Source of the DNA: Chiloscyllium plagiosum
Lineage: Eukaryota
Direction: 5' to 3'
Assembly (NCBI RefSeq): GCF_004010195.1
Contig: NC_057717.1
Coordinates: forward strand, 32,353,218 to 32,417,217
Length of the DNA: 64,000 nt
Part shown: positions 50,601-62,095 of the stretch, one piece after another
Position numbering within the stretch: position 1 is the stretch's first letter
Layout of the letters: each line of letters opens with the position of its first letter
Made by a program: the position numbers and the translations under genes
The notes under the pieces: model-generated
What the model was told of the DNA's origin: nothing
The model's input: the letters and a program-made list of their open reading frames with translations, nothing else
The model's database searches: none

Positions 50601-52650
50601 GACACACTTTTGAAAATAATGGCACAATTCCCTGGAACCTTCTTATAAATACCAACATACGCGATGGGGCTAATCCTGAAATAATGATACACTCCACGGG
50701 ACCCGCCTATAAATAAAGACACATCTCCAGGACCACCATGTTAATATGGACACACTCCACAGGAGCCCGCTGTCAATACCGACACACTGCTCGGGAGCCC
50801 CCTAGCAATATTGACCCACTCCCCGGGGCACACTCCTGAATACTGACACAGTCCTCGGAAAATCATTGTAAATACTAACACGCTCCCCAGAACACCCCTG
50901 TCAATATCTAAACCCATCCCAGGACAACCCTTGTAAACACTAACGCAATCCCAGGAGCCCGTGGTAAATACAGACAAACCTTCTGGAAATTACTGTAAAT
51001 ACTGACAGCCTCCCAGAACACACGGTAAACAGCAAAACACTTTCCAGATCCCCTGTAAACACTGGTTCAATCCCTGGGACCCCCTGTGAATACTGACACA
51101 CTGCAAGGTATCCTCCCTGTCAATACTGACACTCTCCATGGGACATCTTGTGAATGCCAGCACAATCCCCGGAACCACCATCTTGAACACCGACACACTA
51201 CCCTGGAAACAACTATAAATAACGACGCACTTACTGAACCCACCAATGCAAACACTGGCACACGCCCTGGACAGCCTCTGTCAACACGTTTTTCTAGTGA
51301 CACTCTTCCCCCGGAAATACCAACACACTGTCGGGTAGCCCTTAGAAATAACGACGCACTCATTGGAAATCCCTTGCTAATACCCATGTTTTTTTTCAGT
51401 GCCCCAGCATTTTAACACACTGATGCAGTCCTCAGGAGCCCAAACCCCACCCAATAATAACAATGCACTCACCGGGGCAGCCCTGTAAATACTGACAAAC
51501 GCATCAGGATTCCGCTGTTGAACCGACGTTCTGCCCATGACACCCCACTGGAAATACCAACAGACTACCGGGTTACCTCGCTGCAAATAACAACACATTC
51601 CCCAGAACCCCCTCTTTACTACCTGCGTTAAGCCTGTGACCCCTGCTTTCAAAATACTGACACACTCTACAGAAATCCACCCTGAAAATTCCAACACTTT
51701 CCCTGGGACACACCCATGCATACTGACACACTCCCCTTGGAACCCACCTGTCAATACCGATCTTATGCTCATGACAGCCGCCCTGAAAATACCAACACAC
51801 TCCCGAATTGACTCGCTATAAATAACAACACACTCCCCAGAACCCCCCCGTTAATACCGACATTCTGCTCGTGACCCCCACTTTGAAATTATCGACACAC
51901 TCCCAGAACACCTCCTGTACATACCGACACACTCTCTGGGAACACGGTATAAATACCGATCCACTCCATGAAACATCCCTGTAAATTAGATTAGATTACA
52001 TTATTAGATTAGATTACATTATAGTGTGGAAACAGGCCCTTCGGCCCAACAAGTCCACACCGACCCACCGAAGCGCCACCCACTCATTCCCCTAACCTAA
52101 AACTACGGGCAATTTAGCATTAAATACTGACATACTGCCGGGAACTCCCACCCCCCCCCCCCCTCCCGGTATGTACTGAAAACACCCCAGGATCCCCATA
52201 TAAATACCAACACATTCCTCAGGTCCAGCCTATAAATACTGATACACACTCTGTGGGATGGTTTGTAACTACTGAAAAACTTCCCGAGACCACCACGTCA
52301 ACACTGATACACACCTCAGAACAACCCTTTAAACACTGACAAACTCCTAATGACCATTCTGTAAATACTGTCACATTCCCTGGTACCTCACTGTAAATAC
52401 CCGGGACCCAGCTGTCAATACTGAAACATGCCACGGTACCACACTGTATATACCGATACTTGTCCAGGACCCCATTGTAAATACGGATCCACTCCTCGCG
52501 ACTCAACATGCCAAACCTGACACACTCCTTTTCAAGTCTCGTCAAAACACCAACACACTTCCCAGGACTCCCCTGTGAATACTGACACACTCCAGCGATC
52601 GCCTCCCTGTAAATAAAGACATCCTTCCCGGGAGCCTCCCGTAAATGTTG
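47680..52650. repeat. Divergent ~31-33-bp satellite (CTGTAAATACTGACACACTCCCCGGGACCCC), roughly 150 units
   Basis: Recurrent GTAAATAC(T/C)GACACAC core every ~32 bp. Confidence 0.92.
51987..52120 (-). mobile_element. 5'-truncated HE1-like SINE inserted in the satellite, TSD TAAAT
   Basis: (TAGAT)n tail, GTGTGGAAACAGGCCCTTCGGCCCAACAAGTCCACACCGACCC; TAAAT at 51982-86 and 52121-25. Confidence 0.88.
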
Positions 52651-52689
52651 ATAACATAATGATCCAAGAATTAATGCAGAGCGAAAAAT

Positions 52690-53995
52690 TACGTTTAAAT
52701 GTAAGCTTCAGAGAAACATATAATTAATTGTTAAAGCTCCTGAAGGTATATGAAGGGAGAAAAAAAAGATTATTGAAAACAAATCCCTTACAATGAGAAA
52801 CAGAGGACGTTATAATGTGGGAGAAATATATGGCATACCAAACAAACATGTATATTGGTTCTGCCATTACAAATGATGACACAAGTAATATTCCTAAGAA
52901 AAAGAAAGGAAGGAACTGAAGGAAATCAGTATTATCAGGAAGATGTTGTTGTGGAAATTGATGCGATTAAAGACAATAAATTCCACCAACTGCGAATCAA
53001 ACAACCATGTATTTAAAGTCACCCTAATTGCAGTGAACGCCTTGTGTAACTAGAGTGTGGAGGATACGTAGAGCAAATTAATTTTCATATTTCAATATTC
53101 TATCGACTCTGAAACATTATCTATGAATAGGAGGTCAGTTAATGTGACCTGACTATTTATAAAAGGAAGTAGTGAGAAAACATGGAATTACAGAGAAGTT
53201 AGCCTAACACTGGAAAACAATAACTGAATTGGACAGAACCATCATAAATTTATGGAACTAAAATAGGAAAACAGATCTCGTCTTCTTGTATACAAATCAT
53301 TTAACGTAAGCATACACCAGCGCAGCAGCAATTGAGGAAGACAAACGGTGTTTTAGCCTTTGTACTGAGAGGATTTGAACACAGGAGTAGGGATGACTTG
53401 CTGAAATTGTGCAGGGTCTTGTTGATACCACAACCTAGAATGTTGTGTGCAGTTTTGTAATCCTGTCATGACAAAGATGTTCTCCATACGGAGACTGCAC
53501 ATCAAAGGTTTACCAGACTGATTCATAGGGTGGCAGGACTGACGTATGAGGAAAGAATGGATTCGTGAGGATGAAAATCAATCAAGTTTAGAATGAAGAA
53601 GTAGGATGTCACAGAAACGAACAAAATCCTAAAAAGGTATGAACAAGGTAAATGCAGGAAGGATGCTGTCAATGACCAGGACGTCCATAACGTAGAGGGT
53701 GGAAAAGTGGCGTCACTTCTAATAATTTGGGTTAGTTCATTTAAGACTGAGATGAGGATTTTATTTTTTAATCAAAGACTGGTTACTCAGTGGAATTTGC
53801 TGCCACATAAAGCAATAAAATCCAGAACTTGGAATGTTTACAAGATGAAAATGTCCATAATTTTGCGTGTACGAGCGATCAAAAGGTACAGTTCTAGAGA
53901 GGTAGCAGGTTACTGTGCGAAATGACCAGCCAAGATCATATTGAATTATCGAGAAGGATCAAACATCACAACAAGCCAATCCTGTTCTGATTTTT
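52690..53995 (+). mobile_element. Old degenerate CR1 ORF2/3' fragments
   Basis: AATTACAG..AGTTAGCCTAAC (NYR.VSLT), CTAGAATGTTGTGTGCAGTTTTG (LE.CVQF), TGGAATTTGCTGCCAC (WNLLP). Confidence 0.7.
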
Positions 53996-56900
53996 TAAAA
54001 TTCCCATTCTGTTAAACGTGGGATATAAAAACCAATTGTCTTGAACTGACACAGATATCAGTAACACATTATCTCGATTACAAAAAATCCTGTAAAGCCT
54101 TACCAAACAGCAATCGGTGAGCAGTTTTAGCACAGAACTTCAGCAGTTCTAGGAGGTGCAAAATGATTTTTGATGTTCATACACTGGCTGTTCTCTCTCT
54201 CAATTTCAATCCAGTTCACAAATTACTGAATGCTTTGACAAAAGCGAAATATTATGTATGAAATAAGTAAACGTCTTTAAAACATTGCTGATACTGGGTG
54301 GAGGGAGTAGTAGGATAGGGTGGGAAAGAGGAATAGTGATTAAAACAATGGGTCTTTTTTTGGTGTTGGGAATGGCAATGAATGACCCCAAATTACAAAT
54401 ACCCCGCGATCCGTTAGCCAGCTCAGGAGTCCTGTCCCTCCACTTCCTGCTCCAGTCTTTCCGTCTCTGTCGCATTTCCAGCAAGTTAAGGGGTAGAGAT
54501 ATTCATAGGGTACACATACCCGTTCATCTCAGTCACTAATACGCACACATGCATCTCCAAAAAAAATTAAATAATCATGGACCACAGCAATGATTTAATA
54601 CTATAGCATTTATTTTCAGCTCTAATCACACTAAAGATAGATAAACTAACAGTGACCTGATAAATAATAAAAAAAAAACAAAATAAAACTGAGCCAGGAA
54701 TAGCGGGCCTGTTTCTGGGAAGAAGCTCAGGCTCTCTGTGGCTTAAATCGCGGCCCCAGATACAGTATGTTTGGTTCCAGAATCACACAATGACCAAACA
54801 TGAAACCTCTAACTGGGATTTAGCACCTGGCGCTTCCCTCCCCTTTAGCCCTCACTCACCGACTGTCGATTGGAGACAACAACATTTCGGTCCAATGATC
54901 ACTCGCCACGAGCATGCTCACAGTTCAGGTTAACACTACGCATGCTACTGTTGACGTATAATGGCCAACTGCGAAAAAGAGGCGGCCCTACAGGACCAAG
55001 CTGGACGCACTGATCCTCCAACCAATCAGAGAAATTCTTGGGAGCGCTGGGAGCCCTGATAAATCAGAGAATGCTGTTGGGCTAAATTAAGCTAAGCAGA
55101 ACTTCCACACCTCAACTCTCAACCAAACTTCGCTTGAAAGATTCTTCCAGTTCAAAAGACAATTGTTAATGATGACTCTGTTTCCTTTCCTGCAGGCGAT
55201 AATGAGGACCTCAGATGCTGTAAATCAGATTCAACATCGAGGTGGTGCTCAAAACACACAGCAAGTCACGCAGCATCCGAGGAGCATGAAAATTGAATTT
55301 CAGGCAAGCAGCCTTCATCAGTAACCTATCATGCAGCCAATTTATGATCAATATTGCTACTCTACCTTATATTCCTTCATCCCCAGGTTTCATGGACAGC
55401 GGGCTCACAGAACTTTTGCCAGTTTTCCCCCAATCTATATTTATCTGATCGTTTTGGATTATCATCATCAAGACGTCTGCCTCCCTCATCAAAAACATCG
55501 GCAGACAGTTCACCACAATCTTCTATCAACAATTCTATTTTAGCTCTCCTGACAGAAACACATATTTCTTCACGAGGTACCTCATTTTGACTGGTTTGAC
55601 CGTTTGCAACACGGTTCTTACAGCTTGAAACGGTTGTCCTTTCAGTACCGAATTAATTGACAAAACGTTTCTCATGGCAAACTAAAGGCGTGCATTCATT
55701 TTAAAGACGAGGAAAGGTGTCTGAATGAGTTGTGACTTGGGCATTAGTTATCATGAATACAAAGTAAAGACAATCAGGTTGTGATGGCGTTGACCTCGAC
55801 CACACTTTCAGAAGCTGCCAGACAAGTTGAATATTTCCAGCGTTTTCTGTATTTTTCATATATGTCAGATTGCCAGTACTTTGCTTCTGCACTTGTTCTT
55901 GGGAAGATAGGAATGACAAGTTGTGGGTCGAAAGCAGGAGCAGTAGACTCCTTCCGTTATGAATCTCCCAGCTCCTCCTCTGCGTTTGTAGTTTTGTGAA
56001 AACTCTAACTGGCTTTAATATTGGATTTTAATAATAATCTAAGAGTTTGCATGTTGCTCTTTCTGACCAAATATGGAATTAAAAAATCAGATCATTTTTT
56101 TTATCAATTTCACCATTTATGTGCGTATATTCAGGTTCATAATTTAACTTTAAGGTGAAGGCAATATTTCATATTGGTAACTATAAATGCTAACGATTTG
56201 CAGGCCACGGCTGTGAGAGCACGGAAACTAAATGACGAGACTTCCAGGGACAGTCTCTGTTTCTTTCACCCTGGACACTGTCTGATTCGGCATTATATTC
56301 TCTCATCCTTCTGCACATGATGCCTTCAGTTCTGCCTCGGTTCTGTTACGACTGGTTTCTAATGCACAGGCTCTCCAAACATCTATTATGTTGCAGTTTC
56401 TAATGAATGAGAATCCTTCTCTCAGAGCACACTGTCTCCGTCGCTCAATGCTTTGATAGGTGAGGAACACGGACACGGGAATGGCTGAATGTTTCCTTTC
56501 TTTGCTGTAACCAGACTCTGGTGTTGAAATCTGAAATGAGCCAAAATAAGCCAATTGGGCGAAATGCTTCCTTCTGGTTGATCTCTCCTGAGCCCTCAGT
56601 CACTCCGCCAGAACGTGTCTGTGTGTTTCCCTCTGTATTGGAAATGGGGTTCAGCGCACCGAGGGGATATGAACACAGGTTGTCCATCTTAACCTTCAGT
56701 CACATTCATTGTAAAACGTGATTGGATAATAGCATTTGACGAGTGCTTGAAAAATCTGAGAACACAAGGGGACAGGCCAAGTGCTGAAAACTTGGATGAT
56801 GGGTCTCTTTCCGTTCAGTAACTAGTCGATGACTTGTTCAAACTTATGTCCTGATAAATAAAACACCATACGCTTTGACATTAAGAAGCTGAACAACAAC

Positions 56901-58339
56901 TCATAAGGCATGAGTGTGGTGGAATGGTTAAGAGTCGGTGTTTTCTTCACCGCAGCCAAAGCTGGGTGCCTGGTCAGGGAATCAGGTTTTATTGTTGCTG
57001 ACCGTGACAACAGCGAGAGGCGAGCAGTACTGATGGGGATCCTTTCAATGTTTCAGATCAGTTCATGCCTCGAGAACATCAGAGTTATTGCCCCTGCTCC
57101 TTCCAGAAGGGAAATGCACCTTGACAGTCTCTGCTCAGTCGGTCAGGTCACCCTTCATTCCACTCCAACAGAGTTTCCAAAGATTCACAGATTTGAAACG
57201 GCGCTCTGTTTAATTGTTTCATTTTCGCTCCGAGGGATTGCAGAGATTGGGTTGGGTTGAAATTGATAATGTGCAAAAGAGCAGCGTGCGAGACTATTCT
57301 ATCTTTCCCTCTTCTGACAGCGCCTTTAGGTTGACTCTGATGTTCTCGGTTACATTCATCGATCGGAGACATTAATCGGTATATTAAGAATTGCCACAAT
57401 TAATTCCAAACACAATGAAATTCTTTCAAATGTTCTGTCTACAAAGTACTCAGAAACTGCACAGTTTAGAGAGATATTCAGGAAAATCAAGTTTAAGAAG
57501 ATAAACCATTCACTTTGCAAGATGCTTCTCATGAAGATGTCAATTCTTTTGAATGATTCGGTGGAATTGTGTTAATCATGTTAATACTTTCTGTTATCAA
57601 ACCGAGCGGCTGTTTAAAAGCGATTCTGTTAGACAAAGAATTGCGGTATAATCGATTGAAACATTGCCAACTGTAAGTCTTGGCAGCTGACAATACTTAT
57701 AAGTGGACAATGGACTGAAGTTGGGCATAGCTTCATATCAATAGTTCAGACATCCCAGCATTTCAAACATTCTTGTACATAAGAAAGTGGTACATTTTTG
57801 TTGAGGAAAAATTCTTCTTCCTGCAGATAAGGAACTCAAAGCACATCTCGACTTCGGGACAATGAGTTTGCAAATGTAATAAAATGCGGCAGTGTTCTTG
57901 TGAAATTGAAGAATCGAATCAACAACCCCCAGATTTGCAAACAAGCAAATCATGAATCCACTTATTCAAGTGCGCTGGCTGCAGGTCTGTGATGATATCA
58001 GGGACAGGAGAAACAATTGTAACCATCTCAGGGTGAACAACTAGTAAATATAATCAACTTCACCACTAACTGCAATAGTTCCCACATTGTGAAGCGGACA
58101 ATTTCGCAAAGAAAACACACTTGTTCTCATAAAGTTTTCATTCACCCTATGTCTGCGCAGCCATTCAATGGGATTACCGCTGATCTTAAAAATTCTAAGT
58201 CTACTTTTGTGCTTTTCCTCGATATCTCGAGGGTAAGTTGAGCTCAATAAAAATGTCGAGTATTCTTATTAATTTGGGAGTTTCGCGGCCGTATCACTCA
58301 GTTTCTCTGAATGGTAATTAAATATATGTGATCGGAGTC

Positions 58340-58660
58340 AGCAGTGATTACTTCCACATGTGAGGTAACGGCTGAAGTGAATGATGTTAAACTACATGAC
58401 TATTGAAACATGCATTTCAACTATATCCCAGTCTATCCTCTCAGCCTTTGATATTCTATGGAAAACAGTTCATCTCAGTCGTCATTCATATTCAATGATG
58501 GTAACTCCACAGCCTCTAGAAATATCGAAGTTGAAGTTTCAGCCCATTCTGAGTTCCAACATTTCAGTCGAGACTTCGCTAAGTGGTCTTCCTATGTTTG
58601 TGTTGTTGTTTCTGACATATCCTCTGCCACTGTAAGTGTTTTTTTCTTTAAGTGCGTCAG
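58340..58660 (+). pseudogene. Possible heavily decayed Ig C1-set constant exon (isotype unknown)
   Basis: With a few 1-nt indels it reads ...TCEV...YPLSLDILWK...KFSAHSEFNISVET(S/W)LSGSSYVCVV..., i.e. the C1 FYP..I.V.W and S.L.I...W.SG..Y.C motifs in the right order. Manual reconstruction only. Confidence 0.35.
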
Positions 58661-59194
58661 TTTGTGTGATGCCGCGTTTGTATTCAGTGGTCGCTACCTT
58701 GGTTTATGGCCGCATCAGTACGTTTAGAATTCGAGTTATGGTACGTCATATTTCCCCCCTTTTACTCTATGTGACATGTACTAAATCAGCACAGCATGGA
58801 ATCAGTTGTTTTCACATGACAATATTATCCAAGGTGATGATTTTCTTTCTTCAGAACCTGCTCTCTCACATCTCGGCCTGTTATATATAAGGAATCGAAA
58901 CCACCCATTGTCGGATATTTTTGTCTTACTCTCTTACTGACCCTCCTCTCAATATCCTCTTCCAGTTCCCTCATGCACTGCGCAATCCAGCACTTAATTT
59001 CACATTGACCCCATTCAATCTATGGTGCTGCAGTCATTGTTGCTGGATGCACATGCTCCAATCTCAGCTTTGGCAACTTCAACTAATCGATCCTGTTAGA
59101 TGACGTGGTTGTTCGAACAAAGCTCATGTAGCAACTTTAACTGGCATGAATCAGAGATTCTTGGAGCACGAGTATCAGGAGACAAGAAGATTTA

Positions 59195-59380
59195 GGTGAA
59201 TTGGCCATGTTAAATTTCACATCCTGTTCAGGCATGTGTAAGTTGGGCGCATTAGTTCGTGGTAAATATACAATAAAAGGACAGGAGAATAGGTCTAGTT
59301 GAGTTACTCTTCGGAGGGTCAGTGTGGACTTGTTGAACTAAACGGCCTGTTTCCACACTGTACAAGTTCCATGATTCTAT
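59195..59380 (+). mobile_element. HE1-like SINE 3' part
   Basis: GGTGAATTGGCCATGTTAAATT...GGAGGGTCAGTGTGGACTTGTTG...GGCCTGTTTCCACACTGTA. Confidence 0.8.
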
Positions 59381-59454
59381 GAAAAGGACACAAGATATTA
59401 TTGAGCAAAAGGGAGTGAGCTGGAAAAGTGTACGTGACTTCCTAATCATTTATT

Positions 59455-59995
59455 TGATTTGTTCATTCGGCTCGAGCTGGACTATTGTGTGCAGTCTGCA
59501 AATCACTTCACAAAGGAGATGTGATAGCTTTGGAGACGGTTCAGAAGAGATTTATCAGGATATTGTCTGGGCTGAGGAGTTTCAGTTATCAAGAGAGTTT
59601 GGGCTGGTTTTTTTTTCTTATAGCAGAGGAATTGAAAGAAGACAAGATTGAGATGTATAAAGTAACTACGGATATGGAAAGGTTAAAGTTAAAGAAACAA
59701 TGCACCTTGATGAAGTGGTCAATCACCAGGGATGCAGAGATTTAAGAGGCAGAAAGATTTGAGTCTGTGTTTGTGAAAAAAAAACTCCATTTCAGCCATC
59801 GCGTGTTTGGAATTTTGAACTTGCATTAAGGGTCAGAAACCCTCATCACTTGAAGAACTATTCAGGTGTGAATTTCTGAAGCCATCACATGGCTATAGTG
59901 TCAGTGGTTTTAAAGGGATTAGGATAGTGAAATAGTTGTTATTGCCCAGTCCCGACATAGAAGCGGAGGGCGCTTCCTTTTTCACAGTCGCCCTG
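59455..59995 (+). mobile_element. Degenerate CR1 3' fragment
   Basis: DVIALETVQKRFIRILSGLRSFSYQESL. Confidence 0.7.
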
Positions 59996-60490
59996 GGTAG
60001 TAAGTCTGCCTGTCACCGCGCATATCCGAGGTTCAGTTACCCATCGAGAAAAGTGCTTGCCTTTTCAGGCAACTCTGTGGTTAACACTGTTGTCTCTCGG
60101 CGCCAGGAAACGAGTTTTTATTTTAAGCTGGAGTGATTGATAATGTGGAATTTGCACGTTATTCCGCATGGGTTTCCTTTGGCTGCTTCGATTACTTCAA
60201 AGTGCCCAGTGATGAGCACGTAAGGTAGATGGTAAATAAAACGCTAAAGAGATGAAAGTACTGTAAATCAGAGACAAAAATAGGAAGTAAAGAATCAGAG
60301 AATTCGGAGTTAACATTTCGACTCGAGTGAACCTTCCTCAGAACAGTTCTTGACTGAAGCGTTAACTCTGATTTGTCTCCACTGATGCTGTCAGATCGAC
60401 TGAGAATTTCTAGTAAATTCTGTTTTTGTAATTGCTTGGTAAGTGCGGGGTTGGAAAGAAAGGGTCGCGGTGTGTGAAGCTCTTAGGATT

Positions 60491-61058
60491 TGTGGGAGAT
60501 TAGAAATGTAGTTTCTGCATGTGGTGGGTGGGGTGTTGTGGGGTTGGAACATTAGACAAACGGTCGCGGAATTCTTGTAGCATGTAGCATGTCGCATACT
60601 TAAGGCTTAGACTTTAAACAATATAGAGGGTCTTTTAAAGAAAATAGTTTTAAGCTAGGAAATAGCTTTAAAGTGTTGTAGTTGACCACAAAAAGAAGCA
60701 GCAGGGACATTTCACAATAAAGATTTTCGCATGATAAGAGAAACTGGATAAAAGAACAAGCTGAAACAAAAAAAAAGAACAAAGAATGCAGCATATAAGG
60801 ACAGTAGGATGGGCAGATAATAAAATAACGAGAGAGAGTGAAAAAAAAACAAGTGAGCTAATCTGCTTATGATAGAATGGGAAAAAGGAGGCGTGATTCT
60901 ATAACTTGTAAACTGAATAAGAAAGCTAACATGCTCTGTTTTCGCGCGCATGTCTGCTTGATTGCAGAAGCGTCCGGTACTTGCAAGGCTGTAATAAATT
61001 GCTCTTGTTTCCAAGGCTTTGTCTCAGGCTGATTTATGAGTGAGTTCTGTTTCTCACA
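60491..61058 (+). mobile_element. 5' LTR of an endogenous retrovirus (start approximate)
   Basis: Ends ...TTCTGTTTCTCACA just before the PBS; imperfect inverted terminus TGTGGGAGATTAGAA at 60491; TATA-like CTATAA ~60899; AATAAA 60993-98. Confidence 0.65.
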
Positions 61059-61060
61059 AT

Positions 61061-61080
61061 TGGGGGCCTCGTTCCGGGAT
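61061..61080 (+). promoter_or_regulatory. Retroviral primer-binding site, tRNA-Pro type
   Basis: TGGGGGCCTCGTTCCGGGAT versus the MLV-type tRNA-Pro PBS TGGGGGCTCGTCCGGGAT (two 1-nt insertions), 2 nt after the LTR CA end. Confidence 0.88.
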
Positions 61081-61489
61081 CCAAAACTTCGACCGCGCGA
61101 CACTCTTGGGACGACTGGGGAGGTGCACCTCGCCGATTTCGGTGATCTCCGACTCCCTTGCTTCTCGTTCGCGGTTCGGGCGAGTACGATCCAGACTTCG
61201 AGAAGCTGAAAGCAAGGCAGCAGACGCGGCGGGTTCAGTCGGGCCACTCTTGTGCACAAGACCCGGGTAGGGAAAGGTCTTAAAGGGTATATCTGGGCGA
61301 CTGAGGACAGCGGTATTTGCTGCAGGAATTGCCGCGGGACGGGGCGCACCGAAACGCCGAGGTAACTCTATGTACAGACCATGGTAAGAAAAGAGACCTT
61401 AAAGTATGGCCTTGGTGGTTGTGACGTACGAAAGTACGGGGAATTGGCAATATATGAAATAAAGCAAATGTCAATGGAAAACAACCCGT

Positions 61490-61610
61490 GTCAGAAGGGC
61501 TAGTAGCTAAAGGGCTACTGAGGGTGCACTTCGTAACGAAGTTATGGCCAGACGTCCAGAAAAATATTAAAAAGCTCGAGGAGTTGTTGCAGGAAGCTCA
61601 AAGTGTCTGT
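61490..61610 (+). pseudogene. gag: Isolated divergent Gag capsid C-terminal fragment in the ERV leader
   Basis: LVAKGLLRVHFVTKLWPDVQKNIKKLEELLQEAQSV aligns by eye to PIAQELLNVQFVTKSWPDIPKKLHKL...EEVLCAAPKV of the main gag (~63205-63340). Confidence 0.8.
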
Positions 61611-61618
61611 GAAACACG

Positions 61619-61619
<1 letters not shown>

Positions 61620-61668
<49 letters not shown>

Positions 61669-61680
61669 AAGAGAGAAAGA
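61620..61680. repeat. (TG)n(GA)n microsatellite
   Basis: Directly visible. Confidence 0.95.
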
Positions 61681-62095
61681 GCTGTACAGCTAGTAGAAAG
61701 TTTAACCCTTTGTGATTCGGTTTGACTGCACATTTGTTTGTTGGTGATTGAATGCTTGAGCTTTGTTCCTTGGAGCTTGAGATCCGGGACTGTTTTGGAT
61801 ATGATTTCTACTATGGAAATTTTAATATGATTTCTTTTAAGGTTAAGGACGTTAAAGATTATAAAATAAAATGTAAACTCCTGTTATTTTTACAGGTCAT
61901 GACTGCCTTGCTATCAGTTTCTAACTAATCACTTTTATCCTTGCGTAAAAGTGATTTATGGAGAACAGTTGAAGTTAAAAAAAAACATATAATTGGTCAG
62001 ATTAATCAGACGAGTAAGGTGTCTAGTCAGGACCCTGAAGCGGGTGCGGAAGAAAGTGACACCGGACCTCGTTAAGATTAATTAAATTAGCAACA

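Noticed and set aside
46525-52590. Many Cys/Val/Gly-rich ORFs in the 45-bp and ~32-bp arrays (likewise the 36-bp array ORFs at 39406-39815)
   Set aside because: Translations of tandem repeats with no coding signature.
56965-58035. Two J-like snippets (GQGIR..LTVTT near 56970-57015; GTG(E)TIVTIS near 58000-58031)
   Set aside because: Both need insertions to fit, lack the conserved F/W and have no valid RSS. Worth rechecking only if the 58.4-kb C-like remnant is confirmed.
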